Part shown: piece after piece, positions 40,872 to 49,409 of the stretch
Layout: each line of letters opens with the position of its first letter
How positions within the stretch are numbered: position 1 is the first letter of the stretch
Origin: Acidobacteriaceae bacterium
Lineage (GTDB): Bacteria > Acidobacteriota > Terriglobia > Terriglobales > Acidobacteriaceae
DNA length: 64,000 nucleotides
NCBI GenBank assembly: GCA_036269135.1
Contig: DATASQ010000050.1
Span: 28,734-92,733 of the forward strand
Direction: 5' to 3'
Made by a program: the position numbers and the translations under genes
The notes under the pieces: model-generated
Database searches by the model: none
Told to the model about the DNA's origin: nothing
Seen by the model: the letters and a program-made list of their open reading frames with translations, nothing else

Positions 40872-41291
40872 TCATCGTCCCCAGGGATTCACAACCCGAA
40901 TCCCGCAGCCCTCGAAGTCTCGCGTATTCCCGGTAGCCAGCGTGGCGCCGTGCAGCCGGACAATCGCTGCGATCTGCGCATCCGCTGTCTTGACTGCGCG
41001 CCCGCTCGCCTTCCGCGCCGCCGCGATCTGCGCGTAATGGGGAGCGGCTGCCTCGTCAAAACCAAGGACCCTCCCGGCAAGGGTCTCGAAGAAAATCAGG
41101 TCTGCGACTCGGCTCAGAGCGGCGCGCTTTCTTCCCTGCGGAAGAATCTCGATTCCGTACAGGATTTCGGCCTTGCTGATGGCCGTAGTGAACGCCTCAA
41201 GCGCCGTCTGCCCCTGGAGCCACGCCGCCACGGCCGGGTCAGGGCGCTCGCGCATGGCCTCCGACAGCACATTCGTGTCAACGACGATCAT
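40872..41291 (-). CDS. vapC: PIN-domain toxin VapC (FitB-like)
   Basis: 'MIVVDTNVLSE' (first acidic residue), 'ITKAEILYG', 'TADAQIAAIV', 'LATGNTRDF'. 4-nt overlap with the antitoxin. Confidence 0.9.
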   Translation of the reverse strand: MIVVDTNVLSEAMRERPDPAVAAWLQGQTALEAFTTAISKAEILYGIEILPQGRKRAALSRVADLIFFETLAGRVLGFDEAAAPHYAQIAAARKASGRAVKTADAQIAAIVRLHGATLATGNTRDFEGCGIRVVNPWGR

Positions 41292-41578
41292 CGACGGTGA
41301 TCGTCATCGACGCCGTATTCCGCACCGGAGAAGTCCACGACCTCTCGCATGGGTCCGCGCGGTGCGATCTCCAGGTCAATTCCGGCGATTCCCGCTTCCG
41401 CCAGGGAACTGCGAATCGCTTCATAAAGATTCCGAGTTTTCTCCGGGTGAGGTGCCCGGACGGCTATCTCCAGAATCGTTCGCGCCTCTTCTTCCATGGA
41501 GCGGCCGTGTTCGGCTGCAAGAACGCGCAGTCTGGCCTTAACGGAATCATCGAGTTTGCGGACCGTGAGGCTTGCCAT
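41288..41578 (-). CDS. vapB: Ribbon-helix-helix antitoxin VapB (FitA/StbC-like)
   Basis: 'ASLTVRKLDDSVKARLRVLAAEHGRSMEEEARTIL' is the typical Arc/MetJ-type RHH N-terminus. 96 aa. Confidence 0.8.
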   Translation of the reverse strand: MASLTVRKLDDSVKARLRVLAAEHGRSMEEEARTILEIAVRAPHPEKTRNLYEAIRSSLAEAGIAGIDLEIAPRGPMREVVDFSGAEYGVDDDHRR

Positions 41579-41594
41579 CGACTGATTTTAGCGT

Positions 41595-41624
41595 ATTGCA
41601 ATCAATGATTGCAATGAATGCAAT
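41595..41624. promoter_or_regulatory. Putative vapBC operator: three closely spaced (A)TTGCAAT palindromes
   Basis: ATTGCAAT at 41595-41602 and 41608-41615, and A-TGCAAT at 41618-41624, 17-46 nt upstream of the vapB ATG. This is an AT-rich island in GC-rich DNA. Confidence 0.5.
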
Positions 41625-41641
41625 GCGAGCCCCGGATTGGG

Positions 41642-43171
41642 TCAATCTCCGTAGCTCCGCACCCACTCCACAATGCTCCGCACGGCCACGCCCGTCGGCC
41701 CGGACGCCTGCCACGGCTTAGCGTCATCCACCCAGGCCACCCCGGCAATGTCGAGATGGATCCACGGCGTGTCCTCGACGAATTCCTTGATGAACATCGC
41801 CGCCGTGATCGCTCCCCCGTACCGGCCGCCCGTGTTCTTAATGTCCCCGATGCTCGACTTGATCAGCTCCCGGTACTCGTCCTCAACCGGCAGCCGCCAG
41901 AAGCGTTCCCCAGAGGTCTTCAGCCCCTCGGCAAAGCGCTGGTACGTCTCTTCGTCATTCGAGAAGGCACCGCCATTGATCATCCCCAGCGCGACGCCCA
42001 CCGCGCCCGTCAGCGTCGCTGCGTCGATCAGATGCGTCGCACCCAGCTGCTTCGCATACGTAACGCCGTCGGCCAGCACCAGGCGCCCCTCCGCGTCGGT
42101 GTTGATGATCTCGATGGCCTTCCCCGGCTTGCCCGGAGCCGGCATCGCGATCTGCACGTCCCCCGGCTTCTGCGCTTTGCCGGAAGGCATATTCTCACTC
42201 GCGCAGACGATCCCAATCACCTTCACCGCCGGCTGCAGCTGGGCGATCGCCCGCATGGCCCCAATCATCGCCGCCCCGCCGGCCATGTCGTACTTCATCT
42301 TCTCCATGCTGTCGGAGGGCTTGATGGAGATGCCCCCGCTGTCGAACGTGATCCCCTTGCCGACCAGGCCCAGAACCGGCCCTGCCTTCGCATTTTTGGG
42401 CTCATAGGTCATCACGATCAGCGCCGGCGGCTCCTCCGATCCCTGCGCGACGGACAAGAATGCTCCCATCTGCAGCTCTCGCAGCTTGTCCGCTCCATAA
42501 ACCGAGCACTCGAGGCCCACCTCTTTGCACATGGCCGCGGCGCGCTCTCCGAAGATCGTCGGCGTCAGGCGATTCCCGGGCTCATTCACCAGCGACCGGG
42601 TAAAGTTCTGCGACTCGGCCAGGATCACGCCCTCCCGCAGGCCCGCCTCCGCCGCGGCGCGATCCATTTCCGCCGGAGCCACGATCTGGACCGACTGCAC
42701 GCTCCGGTCCTTCCGGTCCGAACGATAGGTATCCGAATCGAAATCGCCCAGAATCGCGCCTTCGGCCATCGCCCGGACGGTCAGCTTAGGGTCCAGACCC
42801 TCGGCAACCGGTGCGGCGATGGCCAGCTCGCGCAACCCACGCGGCTTGGCAAAGCGCACGGCAAGACCCGCCGCTTTGCGCACCTCGTGGGGCGTCAGCT
42901 TCGCCGCCTTGCCCAGGCCGATCACCAGCAGCCGCGCAGCCTTCAACCCGCCAGGCGCATGGAGAAGCAGAGTTTCGTTCGGTTCAGCCTTGAATTCCCC
43001 GCCGGAGAAGACAGCGTCAGCGGCCTTCCGGGCAGCGTCGCCGGAGACGAGGAGGCGGAGGTCGGGCTTGGCGTTGCCATCTTTACTGGACGGGCTGGCG
43101 TCAACGGCAAAGACGGCGAGCAGGCTGGTATCCATTGCGGTCAGAGGGGTGAAAGACAGGTGAGCCTTCAT
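41642..43171 (-). CDS. pepA: Leucyl aminopeptidase (M17)
   Basis: 'VGKGITFDSGGISIKP', 'NTDAEGRLVLAD', 'ATLTGA', 509 aa. Confidence 0.95.
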   Translation of the reverse strand: MKAHLSFTPLTAMDTSLLAVFAVDASPSSKDGNAKPDLRLLVSGDAARKAADAVFSGGEFKAEPNETLLLHAPGGLKAARLLVIGLGKAAKLTPHEVRKAAGLAVRFAKPRGLRELAIAAPVAEGLDPKLTVRAMAEGAILGDFDSDTYRSDRKDRSVQSVQIVAPAEMDRAAAEAGLREGVILAESQNFTRSLVNEPGNRLTPTIFGERAAAMCKEVGLECSVYGADKLRELQMGAFLSVAQGSEEPPALIVMTYEPKNAKAGPVLGLVGKGITFDSGGISIKPSDSMEKMKYDMAGGAAMIGAMRAIAQLQPAVKVIGIVCASENMPSGKAQKPGDVQIAMPAPGKPGKAIEIINTDAEGRLVLADGVTYAKQLGATHLIDAATLTGAVGVALGMINGGAFSNDEETYQRFAEGLKTSGERFWRLPVEDEYRELIKSSIGDIKNTGGRYGGAITAAMFIKEFVEDTPWIHLDIAGVAWVDDAKPWQASGPTGVAVRSIVEWVRSYGD

Positions 43172-43253
43172 GCCACCATTCTTTCACCCCGCGTGGCGGG
43201 TTCCTGCAACCGCATCCGGTTTTCCCGCGCACTGGCTCGTGCGCATCTCCGGA

Positions 43254-44990
43254 TTACTGGACGTCGCTCACCTTTCCCTGAACAAAAATAATCTTCATGT
43301 CCGAGTAAATGAAGATGATTTTGTTCCTGCTGGGGAATTTGACGATATTGAGCGGCTGCCCTTTGCCCCGGATCACCTCGGCCTGCGTTTGCCCCAGGGC
43401 AATGGTGATGGGGCCTGCGGGGCGAGCGGGAGGCGGAGGGGCGGCCGCCACGGCGCCTCCGGCCGGCGCTGCCTCTCCCGAACTATCGGGAGCATTGGCA
43501 TCCGCTACCACCTGCTGCTCCAGTTGAGCGCCCTGGTCCGCCTGCTGATCCAGCTCGGCGGCGCCGTTGGGGTCGGCTGCTGGTGCGGCTGCGGCATAGG
43601 GAGCCTGCGTCGTTCCCTGAACGGCGGCAGCCGGCGGCGCGGGCAGGCCGCCCTGTCCCGGATGGTCCTTCATCTGGGCCATGGCGTCGTCGATGTTGGC
43701 CAGCAGGTGATTATGCATCTCCTGCAGGTCATCGAGGCCCACGCTCACCTGAGCGCCGGTCGCGCAGTCGCCCTGCTTGCTGGCCAGCACCTGCAGGTCC
43801 GCATTGCTGGCGCTTTCAGCCGGCGGCGTGCTCAGCGAGAGCACATCGCCCTCCGTAATCCCGCAATCCTGCCCCGCCGAGTCGACAGTGAGGCCTGTGT
43901 TGACTACGAAGACGTGCGGCTGTCCGTCAGCCAGCAGGGTCGAGAGATTCGCCGTGCTGCCGTCGGATGGATCCTGTGCCTTCTGGGAGGCCGCCAGTTC
44001 CCGGCTGATCTCCTGAGAAACGGCATCCTTGACCGCCTTGCTCATCACCGGCCCGGCCGCGGCACTCTCGTCAGGACTGTACGAGGCGAGTACCAGATGA
44101 GGCCCTCGCGGCGACTGGAGACGGGCACCCGCCGCCCCGCCGGCCTGACCCGCAGCAACGCCGGCTGCATAAGCATCCGACAGGCTGGCCGAGATCATGT
44201 AGTCGGTAATCCAGTAAGCCGCGCTCGGATACACCGGATAAGGGGTGAAATACGCACCGTAGTAGCCGTACCAGGGCGCTGCTCCCCATCCCCACGCGTA
44301 AGCCACCGGCGCGGGCCATGGATTGTAAGCCCACCCGTAATACACCGGCGGATAGTAATACGCCGGCATATAACCATGCAGATAGACGCCGTGGTAGTAG
44401 TACGGGTGGTAGTAGCCCCGGTAATAGCCGCCATGCCGGTAATAGGTCCGGCTGTAGTAGGAGTGGCCGTGCCAGGAATAGGGGCGGGAGATGTAGCCGC
44501 GTCCGTGGCCATAGGCGACGCGGCGTTCGCCCCCGCGCTCCACGACCGTGCGCCGCATGCCCCGTGGCCCTCGCCGGACATCCATGCCGTTCCCGTGGAC
44601 CTCGCGGACATGGCCGTTGTGGCCGAATCGGGCCTCGTTGCCATGGGCGTCGCGGTACCCGGCCACGTGCCCGTCACGCCCCCGCGTCATTTCCCCTCCG
44701 CGGGCGTTACGGCTGGTCATGCTCCCATCCGGATGCCTCGCCACACCGTTGCCTGTCCGGCCGCCGTTGGCCATGGCGCCCGGTTTGCCGGCTCCGGGAC
44801 GCGTGGCGCCCGGGGTGGCCCGGTGCGCTCCGCCGCCGGCCGCAGAGCGAGCGGGCGCCGCTTTGGGAGGCGGCTTGGGCGCCGAGGCCGACTTGTGCGG
44901 TGGTCCCGACGCGCCAAAGCAGACGGCCGAGCCGAGCAGTGCGACGGCGGTCCAATGCGCGACCGCGGTGATTTTTCGATGCATGGTCAT
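43254..44990 (-). CDS. Secreted hypothetical protein: His/Gly/Arg-rich region, Tyr/Trp-rich segment, central domain, Pro/Ala linker, C-terminal ~45-aa module ending KVSDVQ
   Basis: Signal peptide 'AVAHWTAVALLGSAVCFGASG' after ATG 44990 ('MTMHRK'). Coding is supported by length and by the paralogous C-terminus shared with 45037..46020. No recognisable catalytic family. Confidence 0.6.
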   Translation of the reverse strand: MTMHRKITAVAHWTAVALLGSAVCFGASGPPHKSASAPKPPPKAAPARSAAGGGAHRATPGATRPGAGKPGAMANGGRTGNGVARHPDGSMTSRNARGGEMTRGRDGHVAGYRDAHGNEARFGHNGHVREVHGNGMDVRRGPRGMRRTVVERGGERRVAYGHGRGYISRPYSWHGHSYYSRTYYRHGGYYRGYYHPYYYHGVYLHGYMPAYYYPPVYYGWAYNPWPAPVAYAWGWGAAPWYGYYGAYFTPYPVYPSAAYWITDYMISASLSDAYAAGVAAGQAGGAAGARLQSPRGPHLVLASYSPDESAAAGPVMSKAVKDAVSQEISRELAASQKAQDPSDGSTANLSTLLADGQPHVFVVNTGLTVDSAGQDCGITEGDVLSLSTPPAESASNADLQVLASKQGDCATGAQVSVGLDDLQEMHNHLLANIDDAMAQMKDHPGQGGLPAPPAAAVQGTTQAPYAAAAPAADPNGAAELDQQADQGAQLEQQVVADANAPDSSGEAAPAGGAVAAAPPPPARPAGPITIALGQTQAEVIRGKGQPLNIVKFPSRNKIIFIYSDMKIIFVQGKVSDVQ

Positions 44991-45036
44991 GCTCCCCTCA
45001 CGTTTCTTCCCTGGCGATGGGCCCGTGTTCGGCTGC

Positions 45037-46020
45037 TTACTGCACGTCGCTGACTTTATCGTCAACAAAAATGACCTTCATGTTCTTGTAGACAAAGGTC
45101 TTCTTCTTGCCCAGATCGATCATCTGCAAAGGCATGCCCAGCGCCTGGAGGACCTGGGTCGAGGACTCGCCGATGCTGACCGTCGGAGGCGGCCCGGCAG
45201 GAGCGGCCGGCGGAGGCGGGGGCGGTGGGGGCGGCGCTGCAACGTACGCCTTGGCCGTCGGAGGAGCGGCCGCGGGCGGACCCTGCGCCTGGCCGTCCCC
45301 TCCCTGGGCATCGTCTCCACCCGTATCCGGGGCCAGGATCGCTTCGATCGCCGCCTCCACCTCTTCCGGAGGCGTCTCATCCAGATAGCCCTTCTTAAAC
45401 TTGAAGGAGACGATCCCCTTGTACCTTTTCTGAGCGTCCCCCCCGGCGACATCCAGCGGATCGACGCTGAGGATGCTCACGCGAAGCTCGTCGCTGGAGC
45501 TGCCCTTACTTTCAATTTTCGTGATGTATACCTTGTCTCCGGTTTGCAGGACGTGGGAGCCCATCTTGACCAGCGTCATCCTGGCGAACATCGAGGAGCT
45601 CTTGATGGACCCGTTCAGCACCGTGTTATCCGGCTCCATGATGGAGGTGCTCGGCAGCGTGTAAATGCCCGGGCATTTCATGACCATGGTGGTGCCGTCT
45701 TTGGTCACCTGCTCGTAGTCGGGTGTCATCTGGGTGACCAGGTATTTCCGCTGCAGCGCCTCGACCACGCCCGTGGCGGGGTGATCGGCCCAGGCATTGA
45801 TCCCCGGAGCGAAACCGGCAACCAGCAGGGCGCCTGAGGCCAGCAGGGACAACCGGCGCGGGAAGGCCAGAGGGAACCCTCGTCTGGCACGCAGGCTGGC
45901 TGTGGCGGCCGGAGGATCGGCAATCGCCAAAGAAAGAACGGAATCAAGGCGCTGTCCTGCCGTGGCGGCTGCCGCCGGAAGGGCGGAACACCGAAGAGAC
46001 GCATCTGTCATTTCCCGCAT
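45037..46020 (-). CDS. Secreted hypothetical protein sharing the C-terminal KVSDVQ module with the downstream neighbour
   Basis: Signal-like 'RRLSLLASGALLVAGFAPGINAWA'. Poly-Pro linker 'PPPPPPPPPAAPAGPPP', then 'TVSIGESSTQVLQALGMPLQMIDLGKKKTFVYKNMKVIFVDDKVSDVQ'. Start codon uncertain. Confidence 0.6.
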   Translation of the reverse strand: MREMTDASLRCSALPAAAATAGQRLDSVLSLAIADPPAATASLRARRGFPLAFPRRLSLLASGALLVAGFAPGINAWADHPATGVVEALQRKYLVTQMTPDYEQVTKDGTTMVMKCPGIYTLPSTSIMEPDNTVLNGSIKSSSMFARMTLVKMGSHVLQTGDKVYITKIESKGSSSDELRVSILSVDPLDVAGGDAQKRYKGIVSFKFKKGYLDETPPEEVEAAIEAILAPDTGGDDAQGGDGQAQGPPAAAPPTAKAYVAAPPPPPPPPPAAPAGPPPTVSIGESSTQVLQALGMPLQMIDLGKKKTFVYKNMKVIFVDDKVSDVQ

Positions 46021-46287
46021 AAAGAAATCACCCCAAACAGCCGAAATAAAAAGGCTTCGAGCAGGAACCGGAGGAACTGAACGGGGGGAGAAGGGGAAAA
46101 GAATTCGAATGCTGGAGAAGCTTACCCCAACTTGTAATAACTTGGGGAGAGATTTTTTGAAAATTCAGGCCAGGGCCCGGATTTGCCCGGGAATGCCAGG
46201 CGATCGCCGATCCGTCCTGCCCCCGGAACGTGGGCCTGGGCGCTACAGGGGACCATTCGGCGGCGGGAGAGCGCGGCGTCTCCGCCT

Positions 46288-46815
46288 TTAGCTCTTCCGC
46301 CCCCGCGCCACCGCCGCTCGGGCTTCCCGATCCGCCTCGCGCCGCCGCTCCGTTTCGCGCTTATCCCAGTCCTGCTTGCCTTTCGCAATGGCCAGTTCGC
46401 ACTTCACCCGGCCGTTGCGAAAATAAAGCCGGGTGGGGATGAGCGTCAGGCCCTTTTGCTGCGTCTTTCCCGTGAGTTTGCGAATTTCTTCCTCATGCAG
46501 CAACAGTTTGCGGGTCCGCAGCGCCTCGTGATTGTTGATGCTGCCGTGGGAATAAGCTCCGATATGGGCATTCAGCAGAAAAGCTTCCCCCTCCTTGATG
46601 AGGCCGTAGGCGTCCTTCAGGTTCGCCTTGCCTTCGCGGATCGACTTCACCTCGGTCCCGCGCAGCGCCACGCCCGCCTCGTATTTCTCCAGCAGGAAGT
46701 AATTGTGCCCGGCCATCCGGTTCACCGCCGCGTCGCGGTTACCCGAAGCCACGGGATCGCGCAGCTTCGGCTTCGCCGGAGCGGGTTTCGCGGTCTGTTG
46801 CGTGGGTCGGGTCAT
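46288..46815 (-). CDS. smpB: SsrA-binding protein
   Basis: 'NHNYFLLEKYEAGVALRGTEVKSIREGKANLKDAY', 'LLLHEEEIRKL', 'TLIPTRLYF'. No tmRNA gene seen nearby. Confidence 0.95.
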   Translation of the reverse strand: MTRPTQQTAKPAPAKPKLRDPVASGNRDAAVNRMAGHNYFLLEKYEAGVALRGTEVKSIREGKANLKDAYGLIKEGEAFLLNAHIGAYSHGSINNHEALRTRKLLLHEEEIRKLTGKTQQKGLTLIPTRLYFRNGRVKCELAIAKGKQDWDKRETERRREADREARAAVARGRKS

Positions 46816-47021
46816 GAGGATTGTCGCAATCTCTCATCCTATATCGTCGCCGGGAGTCACAAAAAAGCCGTCGCGCGATTTCGCGGAACCCCGCCCTGCC
46901 CCCTGCGGTATCTCGCGGCAATGCGATACTATACGCGGCGTACGATCTTCCCGGCGCTGGGCTCGGACATTCCGTTCGCCGGCCGGGCCTCCAAATCTTT
47001 CTTCGCCCACCACGGAGTTGC

Positions 47022-49409
47022 ATGAAGAGAAGTCTCGTTATTTGGGCTTTCCTTGCCGTCCTGTTTGCGACCCACCCCGCGGCGCACGCCCAGTCCGCTT
47101 CACACTGGTACAAGCAGGGGGAGACCGCAGAAGCCAAAGGCGATACCCAGGCCGCCTACGAGGACTATTACCAGGCCTACCAGAAGAAACCGACCGACGA
47201 ACGCTTCCGCCTGGCCTTCGAGCGCACCCGCTTCTCGGCCGCCGCCCTCCATGTGGAACACGGGGAACGCCTGCGCGACCAGGGAGACTACACCGCCGCG
47301 CTGACCGAGTTCCTGCGCGCCCTCGAAATCGATCCCAGCAACGAGCTGGCCAGCCAGGATATCCAGGCCACGCGCGAGAAACTGAATGGGCAAACGCCGG
47401 GGCCGGCCTCCAGTCCCCGCACCACGGATGAAGCCCTCGATCTCGCCGCACCTGTGCAGCTCAAGCCCATCTCCAATGAGCCGCTCACCCTGCATATGGT
47501 CGAGGACAGCCGCATCGTCTATCAGGCCGTCGGTAAAGCCGCCGGCATCAATGTCCTTTTCGATCCCTCGTACACCTCCAAGCGAATCCAGGTCGATCTG
47601 AACAACGTCACCCTGCGCGACGCGCTGCGCATCGTGGCCGTGACCTCCAACACCTTCTGGCGCCCGATTACCCCCAACACCATCTTCGTGGCGGAAAACT
47701 CCCGCACCAAACACACCGAGCTCGATCAGCAGGCCGTGGAAACCTTCTACCTGCGCAACGTCGCGCAGCAGAACGATTTCACTGAAGTGCAGACGGTTCT
47801 GCGCAATCTTTTCCAGAATGCGCGCATCAACGGCGTGGCCAGCGAAAACGCCATCGTCATGCGCGGCACGCCGGATGAGCTGCTGCTCGCTCACCGCCTG
47901 ATCGACGATCTCGACAAAGCCCGGCCCGAAGTGGTCATCGACGTCGCCGTGCTCGAAGTCAGCCGCGATGTCCTGCGCAACATCGGTATTCAGCTGCCCC
48001 AGACGGCAAGCATCAACTTCCAGCCCTCCAACGCCAACCTGAACGACACCAGTTCGACCAGCAACACCAACGATGAGACTGGGACGAACGGTTCCAACTC
48101 CACCGCCAGCAGCATTACGCTCAATAGTCTTGCCCATTTGAATTCGACCAACTTCGCGGTCACGATTGGCCAGGCCGCGGTCGACCTGCTGCTCACCGAC
48201 ACCCGCTCGCGCATCATTCAGAATCCGCAGATTCGCGCCTCCGACGGGCAGGAAGCGACGCTGAAGATCGGTGAGCGCATCCCCATCGCCACCGGTTCCT
48301 ATCAGACCGGCGCCGCCACCGCGATCGTCAGCTCGCTGGTCAACACCCAGTTCCAGTACATCGACGTGGGCGTGGACATGACCATCAAGCCCACCATCCA
48401 CATGGACGACGATGTCACGCTGAAGAGCAAGATCACGGTCTCTTCCACGGCCGGCAACACCAGCATCGGCGGCATCACCGAGCCCATCATCACCCAGCGC
48501 GAGGTCGACCACACCGTCCGCCTGAAGAACGGCGAGGCCAACCTGCTGGGCGGCATCCTGCAGCACCAGACCACCTACACCATCAGCGGCACCCCCGGCC
48601 TTGGACAGCTGCCTCTCATCAAGTACCTGTTCAGCACCCAGCAGAAGGAAGTCACCGACGATGAGATCGTCTTCCTGATGATCCCCCATGTGGTGCGCGC
48701 CGAGCAGCTCACCCCCGAGGACCTCCAGGAGATCGATACCGGCACCGGCAACGACGTCGAGGTCCGGCCGATCATCCGTCCCATGAAAGCATCCGATGTG
48801 CCGGCGGCCCTCTCCCAGGCAGCAGCCGCCGCGCAGACGGCTGCAGCCGCGCCGCCACAGTCGAATTCCGGCGCGTTCGCCCCGCAGAACTCCGGCGCCA
48901 CTCAGCCTCCGCCTCCCGAGAATGCCGTGCAGGCCACCCAGCAGGCCCTGGCCAGTCGCGAGAAGGAGAACAGCCCCCGAGCTCCGGCCACCCTGGCCCT
49001 GAATCCCGCTCAGGTCACCGCCAAAGTCGGTTCCACCTTCAAAGTCCTGGTGAATCTAACCGGCGGTAGTGACGTTTTCGCGGTGCCGATGTCGGTACAG
49101 TATGACCCGTCGAAACTGAGCCTGATCAACGTGGACTCAGACGACGGACAGCACACTAATTTCCTGGGCAAGGACGGCCAGGCCGTGGCGCTGGCCCATC
49201 GCGATGACGGCCGAGGCGAGGCGGCCATCGCGGTCTCCCGTCCGCCCGGCACCACCGGCGTGAGCGGATCGGGTACCGTGTGCGTCCTTACATTCCAGGC
49301 TAAAGCCCCAGGGGATGCTTCCATCGCCATCTCCCGGCCGGTCATACGCAACCCCCAGCAGCAGGTGGAGCCTGCTACGGGATCTCAGGCGGTCGTCCAT
49401 ATTCAGTGA
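47022..49409 (+). CDS. Secretin (GspD/PilQ superfamily) with N-terminal TPR region and C-terminal cohesin-like domain
   Basis: Signal peptide 'SLVIWAFLAVLFATHPAAHA'. TPR-like 'YKQGETAEAKGDTQAAYEDYYQAY...GDYTAALTEFLRALEIDPSN'. N0/N1 'NAIVMRGTPDELLLAHRLIDDLDK'. Secretin core 'IQNPQIRASDGQEATLKIGERIP...VRLKNGEANLLGGIL...GTPGLGQLPLIKYLF'. Cohesin-like tail at 48987-49406. ATG 47022 is preceded by GGAG. Confidence 0.85.
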   Translation: MKRSLVIWAFLAVLFATHPAAHAQSASHWYKQGETAEAKGDTQAAYEDYYQAYQKKPTDERFRLAFERTRFSAAALHVEHGERLRDQGDYTAALTEFLRALEIDPSNELASQDIQATREKLNGQTPGPASSPRTTDEALDLAAPVQLKPISNEPLTLHMVEDSRIVYQAVGKAAGINVLFDPSYTSKRIQVDLNNVTLRDALRIVAVTSNTFWRPITPNTIFVAENSRTKHTELDQQAVETFYLRNVAQQNDFTEVQTVLRNLFQNARINGVASENAIVMRGTPDELLLAHRLIDDLDKARPEVVIDVAVLEVSRDVLRNIGIQLPQTASINFQPSNANLNDTSSTSNTNDETGTNGSNSTASSITLNSLAHLNSTNFAVTIGQAAVDLLLTDTRSRIIQNPQIRASDGQEATLKIGERIPIATGSYQTGAATAIVSSLVNTQFQYIDVGVDMTIKPTIHMDDDVTLKSKITVSSTAGNTSIGGITEPIITQREVDHTVRLKNGEANLLGGILQHQTTYTISGTPGLGQLPLIKYLFSTQQKEVTDDEIVFLMIPHVVRAEQLTPEDLQEIDTGTGNDVEVRPIIRPMKASDVPAALSQAAAAAQTAAAAPPQSNSGAFAPQNSGATQPPPPENAVQATQQALASREKENSPRAPATLALNPAQVTAKVGSTFKVLVNLTGGSDVFAVPMSVQYDPSKLSLINVDSDDGQHTNFLGKDGQAVALAHRDDGRGEAAIAVSRPPGTTGVSGSGTVCVLTFQAKAPGDASIAISRPVIRNPQQQVEPATGSQAVVHIQ

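Noticed and set aside
41618-45053. Two long plus-strand ORFs (557 aa and 627 aa)
   Set aside because: They are antisense to pepA (clear M17 motifs) and to the Tyr-rich secreted protein. The minus-strand frames carry signal peptides and a conserved C-terminal module, while the plus-strand products are Arg/Pro/Gly-rich noise.
46125-46158. Hairpin CCCCAA-N11-TTGGGG followed by TTTTTT on the plus strand, in the 267-bp gap upstream of the 45037..46020 gene
   Set aside because: The stem is only 6 bp, with an 11-nt loop and 5 nt between the stem and the T-run. No plus-strand gene lies upstream, and the orientation is wrong for terminating smpB. I also looked for a tmRNA gene next to smpB and found no GGGG...CCACCA-type ends. 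Not enough to call a terminator or sRNA.
47100-48689. 529-aa minus-strand ORF
   Set aside because: Antisense to the secretin core, which has canonical secretin motifs on the plus strand.
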